Below are positions 6,301-11,559 of a stretch of DNA of 11,559 nt, one piece after another (positions within the stretch are counted from its first letter, which is position 1; each line of letters begins with the position of its first letter). The notes below the pieces were generated by a model. That model ran no database searches, was not told where the DNA came from, and saw nothing but the letters and a program-made list of their open reading frames with translations. Position numbers and translations under genes: made by a program. The stretch comes from Synechococcus sp. (GTDB lineage: Bacteria > Cyanobacteriota > Cyanobacteriia > Thermostichales > PCC-7336): positions 1 to 11,559 of the forward strand of contig JBFRWD010000018.1 in NCBI GenBank assembly GCA_051439425.1, read 5' to 3'.

Positions 6301-6651
6301 ATGACCAGCAATCTAGAACGCCAATTCGAGTCACTGTGGCTTGAACTCTATCCAAGCATCGACCTTCACTCAGAGCACCGATTCCACCCCGTCAGACGTT
6401 GGCGATTCGACTATGCCCATCTGCCCAGCAAGACCGCTATCGAGCTTGAAGGTGGCGTCTATAGCCGTGGTAGACACTCTAGAGGCAAAGGGTTCGTGAA
6501 CGACTGCGAGAAGTACCTGCACGCTGCTGCAATGGGCTGGACTGTGTGCCGGTTAGCTACTGGGATGGTGAACGCTGACAACTTGCGGCTAGTGGCTGAA
6601 GCGATTGAGATTAGGCCGCCTGTGCTGTTCGATTGTCGATGGTGTCGGTAA
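6301..6651 (+). CDS. Phage PD-(D/E)XK-superfamily (DUF559/Vsr-like) endonuclease
   Basis: EHRFHPVRRWRFDYAH...IELEGGVYSRGRH...GFVNDCEKY..A...GWTVCR is typical of this phage family. ATG 6301 is preferred over GTG 6280. Confidence 0.85.
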   Translation: MTSNLERQFESLWLELYPSIDLHSEHRFHPVRRWRFDYAHLPSKTAIELEGGVYSRGRHSRGKGFVNDCEKYLHAAAMGWTVCRLATGMVNADNLRLVAEAIEIRPPVLFDCRWCR

Positions 6652-6724
6652 TACCGATGTCATCTCTATCCGGAAATTAATCTGTGCTGTTCTGGCTGTA
6701 ACCGTTGCTAGCTCTTGCTTTGCC

Positions 6725-6754
6725 AAGGGTGTCACTAGTAGTTACACCCTTTTC
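6725..6754. terminator. Probable (bidirectional) terminator between convergent genes
   Basis: AAGGGTGT (6725-6732)/ACACCCTT (6744-6751) stem with a short T run on +; located between the stops at 6651 and 6761. Confidence 0.55.
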
Positions 6755-6760
6755 CTCAAC

Positions 6761-7000
6761 CTACTTCCCCACCAAATCCTCCAGAATCGTGACTGCATCA
6801 TCCAGTGCCATCGTGCCGCCTAGCCCGTCTGCTAGCTGTTGGCGTTGCGTGTCAGACAACTTCAGTAGCACGCCTTCAGTTTGGAGTGTGAGCAAAGCTG
6901 CCGTGGCTTCCTGACGTCTGACTAGCGCCTCGCTGCAGATCTCCTCGGTCAAGTAGTGCAGTCTGAGTCGGTCGCTCTCCTTGCGGGTGGTTGCCTTCAA
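6761..7000 (-). CDS. Small hypothetical protein, paralog of 3538..3747 (start uncertain)
   Basis: TAALLTLQTEGVLLKLSDTQRQQLADGLGGTMALDDA aligns without gaps to the 3538 protein; TTG at 7000 overlaps the upstream TGA. Confidence 0.55.
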   Translation of the reverse strand: MKATTRKESDRLRLHYLTEEICSEALVRRQEATAALLTLQTEGVLLKLSDTQRQQLADGLGGTMALDDAVTILEDLVGK

Positions 7001-8367
7001 CAGTCGTTTTCTCGCCGATACCAACTGTAGTTACAAAGTTCTTCTGGCGAGAGTTTGTCGATGTGAATCATTCCTGCTGCTTCAAAGTCAAAGTCCTGAT
7101 CGGGGAAGTGATCGACCGTGTAGTCGTTATACACAGCCCTCTCCCAAATAGTGGGGCAGGGATGAACCCATCCATTGTCAAAAGCTGTTTGAATCTCTCG
7201 ATCGCTGAAATCCGGGTTACTGCCCTTGTAAATCTCGAGGCAGATTTCCTCTGATGAGTTTTCCTCGGTTGTATAACTCACCCCACTGAAGTCTGCGTCC
7301 TGAAGGTTGGCGCCAGACAGGTATGCGTCCTGAAGGTTGGCGAAAGCCAGGTCTGCGTCTTGAAGGTTGGCGAAAGACAGGTATGCGTCCTGAAGATTGG
7401 CTTCTAACAGGTCTGCGTCTTGAAGGTTGGTTTGTGGCAGGTCTGCGTCTTGAAGGTTGACTTGTAAGAGGTTTGCGTCTTGAAGGTTGACTTGTAACAG
7501 GTATGCGTCCTGAAGGTTGGCTTGTAACAGGTTTGCGTCTTGAAGGTTGGCGAAAGACAGGTCTGAGCCGGGTAGTTGTAGATCGCGTAGGAATGCCCCC
7601 GTACCTGGGAGCGCCCTGCCTGTATCACCGTCAAGCGCAACATCTAAACCCGCAAGACTTTGAGGTGATTGTCGAATAATGCAACTTAGATATTCACCAC
7701 CTCTTCGACAAAACCAAGGAAATCGCCACGGTCGTGACACCAAAAATTCGAGCGCCTCTTTCCTCCCCCCATTCCCCGATTGCCCTGACGCGCTAGTGAT
7801 GGTCTACCAAGCAGTAAACACATCTTGTTCGTGTCGAATATCCTGATTGGCAATGAATGAGATAACGGCGATAGCAATACCCACGCTACCCACTACTTCA
7901 AAGATTTCGAAAATCGCGAGACTTTTGAACCAGCGCAATGCAGCTTCGAGTATTCTTTCAACCCTGACAAACGGCCCCGTAACTGGAGCAACCTCACTCC
8001 TTAGCTGACGCTCGGCTGTGACCCAGTAGTATTCGTCTCGCCCCTCTTGGCGACCATCTATATCCCATAGGAATTTTGCCCGTTCTGCAATCAAGCGGTG
8101 TGTATCTTCGGGCCGGTACCTATTTGGGGGAGGGGCTCCCTCTGCTAATCGCTTCTGTACTTCAGCTTCTGGTCCCCAGTATTTGCGGCCACCATATCGG
8201 TTATCTCTAACGGTGCGCTCTACCCATCGCTGGAAGGGCGTTCTCCCGTCTTTGTCTTTGAACTGCGTCAAGACTTCAGATTCGGGGTCCCAGTACTTGC
8301 AACCGCCATCGTTGTATCGATGGACTATATTGCTGCTGTCTTTCGGGTAGCGTTTGTCGGCTGACAT
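6997..8367 (-). pseudogene. DUF2934-like + TM + pentapeptide-repeat protein (456 codons) split by one in-frame TAG at 7806-7804
   Basis: ORFs 7804..8367 and 6997..7743 are in the same frame. Read-through gives FTAW*TITSASGQSGNGGRKEALEFLVSRPWRFPWFC versus paralog LAAWQTITSAAEEPGSGGRIEALEFLNSRPWRFPWFC. IAERAKFLWDIDGRQEGRDEYYWVTAERQL matches the DUF2934 pattern. Confidence 0.85.
7281..7563 (-). repeat. Coding tandem repeat, about nine 30-nt units (xNLQDAxLxx)
   Basis: Recurrent TGCGTC(C/T)TGAAGGTTG on + every 30 nt. Confidence 0.9.
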
Positions 8368-8427
8368 GGCCGGAAAGGATTACTTGCTCCTAAAGTAATT
8401 AAATCGATTAACGAGCTTCCATGTTCG

Positions 8428-8454
8428 TTTATCACATCTTGGTGCTGTGATAAA
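8428..8454. promoter_or_regulatory. Perfect inverted repeat TTTATCACA-N9-TGTGATAAA (candidate operator)
   Basis: 9-bp perfect arms in the divergent intergenic region between 8367 and 8611. Confidence 0.5.
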
Positions 8455-8610
8455 AACTCATTCAGTTCTGCTTCCACTGCAGGCCAATGATTTGGCGCGC
8501 GCCCGGGCGGACCATCAGGGAAAGAGCGTCACGTCTTCCTCAAGTGAGTTTGAAAAGCTATAGGAAAGGATGGCAACCCGAGAGCGGGCGAATCCTTTAA
8601 GGAGCTGGGT

Positions 8611-8826
8611 ATGACACGCAAGACTGACGACGAGGGCTTCCGTATCTACACGAAAGAAGCTGTGAGAGAAGACAACCCACACCTATGGTCCGTGCTTATA
8701 TTTTGCTTGTTGTTTATCGGTTCATTGTGGTTGGGCGGAACCATCTTGAATTGGGCGAACTCTGCTCTCGATAAAATCTACCAGCCTACAGCCGACGAAT
8801 TTGGGCGTATTGAGCAGCGCGAATAA
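8611..8826 (+). CDS. Small single-pass membrane protein (71 aa)
   Basis: RBS TAAGGAG; hydrophobic LWSVLIFCLLFIGSLWLGGTILNW. Confidence 0.75.
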   Translation: MTRKTDDEGFRIYTKEAVREDNPHLWSVLIFCLLFIGSLWLGGTILNWANSALDKIYQPTADEFGRIEQRE

Positions 8827-8938
8827 CCAGGAACACGCCAACAAAACGTGTTACCTGAAGTCCCCATAAGGGCAGAAGGATAGCACTACAACTCCCAGGT
8901 TCTACACAACAACAGCTCATGAACAAGGTATCCAAATC

Positions 8939-10501
8939 ATGGATCCAACCGACACCACCTCTAAGCAACAGAGAAGGCGAGTTGCCCACCAGTTATACGT
9001 TAACCGTTCGCTGAGCAGCCAACCGGGCAATCAAGATGGAGACTGGGAAAAAGCCGAATGGCTGCAGGAAAGACCGGGCAAGCTGGTGTTGTTCCGTCTG
9101 AACAGCCGATTGATATGGATGGAGAAGCGATGGATAGAACCCTGCGATCGCTTTCTCCAAAAAGCCGCATTGCTGCACATTCTGAGTCTTGTCAGCTCAA
9201 TCAGTATCCTTCTAGCCATTGGATCGTTTGTGGTAGGCCAGGACTTTCGGCATGACAAGGAAGTATTGGCGGCATGGCAGACCATCACTAGTGCAGCAGA
9301 AGAGCCGGGCAGCGGAGGGCGGATCGAGGCTCTGGAGTTTCTGAATTCAAGGCCTTGGCGTTTTCCCTGGTTTTGTAGCAGAAGGCAGGACTATGAGGAC
9401 CTGAAATGCTTCATCCGACAGCCACGACAAAGCCTTAGAAATTTAGATTTAAGCGTAGATGAGGACTCAGCTGGGAGCGCTTATCTATTTGGAGTGCGAT
9501 TGCATCATTCCGATCTTGTTGCCGCTAATCTCACTAGGGCAGACTTCAGAGAAGCAGACCTCACTGGGGCTGACCTCACTAAGGCTGACCTCACTAGGGT
9601 ATACCTCGTTAGGGCAAAGCTCATTAGGGCAAACCTTACTGGGGCTAACCTCTTTAGGGCTGACCTCACTGGGGTATACCTTACTGGGGCAAACCTTACT
9701 GGGGCATACCTCACTGGGGCATACCTTACTGAGGCAGACCTCGTTAGGGCAAAGCTCATTAGGGCATACCTCATTGGAACAGACCTCACTGGGGCTGACC
9801 TCACTGGAGCTGACCTCACTGGAGCTGGCCTTAATGAGGCAAACCTCACTGGAGCTGACCTTAATGAGGCAAACCTCATTGGGGCAAACCTCACTGGAGC
9901 TGACCTTAATAAGGCAAACCTCACTGGAGCTGACCTTAATGAGGCAAACCTCATTGGGGCAAACCTCTCAGAGGCAAACCTTAATGAGGCAAACCTCATT
10001 GGGGCAAACCTCATTGGGGCAAACCTCTCAGAGGCAAACCTTAATGAGGCAAACCTCATTGGGGCAAACCTCTCAAAAGCAAACCTCTCAGAAGCAAACC
10101 TCAATGGAACTGGGGCAAACCTCAATGGAACTGGGGCTGACCTCACTGGGGCTGACCTCAGGGGGGCTGACCTCAGGGGGGCAAACCTCACTGGGGCAAA
10201 CCTCACTGGGGCTGACTTAAGAGAGGCAAACCTCACAGGAGCAAACCTCATTGGAGCAGAAGACCTCTCAGAGATAAACCTCTATGCGGCAAAATTCAGG
10301 GGGGAATACCTCACAGAGGAATACCTCACAGAGGAATACCTCACTAGGGCAAATTTTGAAGGGACATCCCTCGCTATGGCAAATCTCACCAACATCCTTT
10401 ACAACGACCAAACCATGTGGCCCGACGGCTTCGACCCACCAGAATCCTGCAGCATTGATGACCAAAATCCGCCCATAGATTCAGCAGATTGCACCGACTA
10501 G
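8939..10501 (+). CDS. Membrane-anchored pentapeptide-repeat protein (520 aa) with DUF2934-like N-terminus
   Basis: RRRVAHQLYVNR...GNQDGDWEKAE; TM LLHILSLVSSISILLAIGSFVVG; long A(D/N)LxG tract; C-cap ILYNDQTMWPDGFDP. Confidence 0.93.
   Translation: MDPTDTTSKQQRRRVAHQLYVNRSLSSQPGNQDGDWEKAEWLQERPGKLVLFRLNSRLIWMEKRWIEPCDRFLQKAALLHILSLVSSISILLAIGSFVVGQDFRHDKEVLAAWQTITSAAEEPGSGGRIEALEFLNSRPWRFPWFCSRRQDYEDLKCFIRQPRQSLRNLDLSVDEDSAGSAYLFGVRLHHSDLVAANLTRADFREADLTGADLTKADLTRVYLVRAKLIRANLTGANLFRADLTGVYLTGANLTGAYLTGAYLTEADLVRAKLIRAYLIGTDLTGADLTGADLTGAGLNEANLTGADLNEANLIGANLTGADLNKANLTGADLNEANLIGANLSEANLNEANLIGANLIGANLSEANLNEANLIGANLSKANLSEANLNGTGANLNGTGADLTGADLRGADLRGANLTGANLTGADLREANLTGANLIGAEDLSEINLYAAKFRGEYLTEEYLTEEYLTRANFEGTSLAMANLTNILYNDQTMWPDGFDPPESCSIDDQNPPIDSADCTD
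9510..10392 (+). repeat. Coding 15-nt tandem repeat (pentapeptide A[DN]L[TNIS][GER])
   Basis: GCAAACCTCACTGGG/GCTGACCTCACTGGA-type units; it also explains the repetitive shadow ORFs at 9459 (+) and 9505 (-). Confidence 0.95.
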
Positions 10502-10537
10502 CCCCTCTGCCCGACTTCGCAATCCAACAGTTGTACT

Positions 10538-10750
10538 GGCTCTGTCACACTAACTGGCAAGTAGTCTGAGCTGGAAGAAAAAGGAGATGGATAATCGACC
10601 CGTTTCCTTATTCTCGTCACCGCTTTTCAGCCGTAGTCATCAGTTACGCAGCCTGGCTCTACGATCGCACCTGCTTGAGCTACCGGGATGTGGAGGAACT
10701 CCTGGAACGGCGAGGCATAGCAGTTAGCTGCGAGACGGCTTTGTCACACA
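10538..10750 (+). mobile_element. IS6-family remnant: left end, truncated frameshifted transposase N-terminus, second IS6-like end
   Basis: GGCTCTGTCACACTAAC at 10538; ATG 10587 then +1 frame from 10609 YSRHRFSAVVISYAAWLYDRTCLSYRDVEELLERRGIAVSCET (IS6 HRF...WLY...LSYRDVEELLxERG motif); cut by GGCTTTGTCACACA at 10737. Confidence 0.85.
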
Positions 10751-10820
10751 GCTATTTGAGACCGCGAATGCTCGGATCTGCGCTGTCGACATTAAGGCTC
10801 CAACGCTTGCAGGGACGCCG

Positions 10821-11352
10821 TTAATTCAGAACGGCGTCCTCATCCTCATCGACGAAATCCGGCACAGCCTCCACTATCTGAATCTTCAGGGGGACTTGCT
10901 CGGGTTGCGTCTTGTAGAAACCACGGTGACGGCATAGTTTCTCAAGTGCTGCTAGCTTGTCGTGAAGCTTGACTTCAACGACCCTAACCGTGCCATCTGC
11001 TGTCTCCGTCTCACGCATTGTTACGCGCTGTACGGCGATCGCACTTTCCTGGGATAGCTCACTGCTGGACTTCACAACTATGCCGTTGTTATCCCAACTC
11101 ACTACATCAGTAATCCTGGAGAAGGCTATCGCCGTTAGCTCGCTAATGATGCTGTCTATGCTGACCTTGTTTCGCTCTCTGATCGCAGCCCATTCCTTCG
11201 AAAGAGCGGCTCCAACGTTAGCATTAGCTAGCAATCTAGCTGCAGTTACTTTTGCCGAGCCTGGCGCGTAACCAGCCCTAATCGCCGCTTGAGCACCGTT
11301 GAAGTCGAGCGGAAACTCCTCAATCCTGAGTCACTCGACTTCGGCAGGCCAT
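10821..11352 (-). pseudogene. terS: Terminase small subunit with disrupted 5' end
   Basis: The frame upstream of TTG 11234 reads IEEFPLDFNGAQAAIRAGYAPGSAKVTAARLLANANV (TerS HTH signature), then ELTAIAFS...VKLHDKLAALEKL. In-frame TGA at 11333; nearest ATG (11352, MACRSRVTQD*) is out of frame. Confidence 0.8.
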
Positions 11353-11559
11353 TCACATCAACTTCGGCACCCAAATCTCAACAACTTCAGCAGGGTGCAA
11401 TCGGTCATGGCGACAAGCAATATCCCCATAGTACGAATTACGGAGCAAAGCGACGATAGTTTGATTCATGAAGTAGTCGCCTCGTGAGGCTGTTGTAGTG
11501 GGCTGGTGAGCTTGCGCATCGACTCTCCCGTCAGTGAAAGACGCAAAGAATCGTGGACA

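Larger units (their letters stand above)
1..11559. mobile_element. Phage-satellite/prophage- or phage-plasmid-like element of a probable cyanobacterium (boundaries outside window)
   Basis: Primase, RHH, Xre repressor with divergent promoter, small phage-type hypotheticals, PD-(D/E)XK nuclease and terS co-occur. No housekeeping, capsid or integrase genes are visible. HIP1 GCGATCGC at 458, 1629, 9144 and 11035. Confidence 0.75.

Noticed and set aside
7281..7643. Regular 30-nt repeats as a CRISPR array; ORF 7404..7643
   Set aside because: No unique spacers and no cas genes; the repeats encode in-frame pentapeptides and the ORF is their shadow.
7761..7770. Frameshift in the G6 run of the minus-strand pentapeptide gene
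   Set aside because: Recounting shows both halves are in the same frame (7803 to 7743 is 60 nt).
7804..7806. Element-wide TAG-to-Gln recoding (genetic code 15)
   Set aside because: TAG acts as a normal stop at 2526, 3474, 3747, 6761 and 10501, and only one internal TAG is evident.
8565..8600. c-di-GMP-I riboswitch-like GGCAACCC...GGGCG
   Set aside because: Lacks the GNRA tetraloop/receptor and second stem; only superficial similarity.
9459..10251. Long ORFs 9459..10220 (+) and 9505..10251 (-)
   Set aside because: Shadow frames of the stop-free 15-nt pentapeptide repeat.
11353..11559. Minus-strand frame open to the window end (...MNQTIVALLRNSYYGDIACRHDRLHPAEVVEIWVPKLM*)
   Set aside because: Its stop abuts the ATG at 11352, so it may be real, but there is no recognisable motif and too little sequence to support a call.

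Overview
This window looks like an accessory region of a cyanobacterial phage-satellite/prophage- or phage-plasmid-like element; four HIP1 GCGATCGC octamers point to the host group. The leftward arm has an Xre repressor, an unannotated 55-aa ribbon-helix-helix gene, a small ORF and the start of a RepB'-type AEP primase. The repressor frame is linked to a long downstream ORF by a complete-looking -1 frameshift cassette (internal SD, A_AAA_AAG, 3' structure). A divergent sigma70 promoter drives a rightward operon of small phage hypotheticals. The cargo comprises: a tightly coupled three-gene operon (coiled-coil, helical protein, HNH nuclease) in which genes 2 and 3 share an 'ELYxxAxRxGNK' motif (candidate undescribed defence/toxin-antitoxin system); an unannotated 42-aa secreted YHYH-type His/Cys peptide; a PD-(D/E)XK nuclease; and two divergent paralogous DUF2934-like/TM/pentapeptide-repeat genes, one broken by a single in-frame TAG. 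The right end has an IS6 remnant with nested ends and a small terminase gene with a disrupted 5' end. Family assignments come from recognising motifs by eye; no database search was run.
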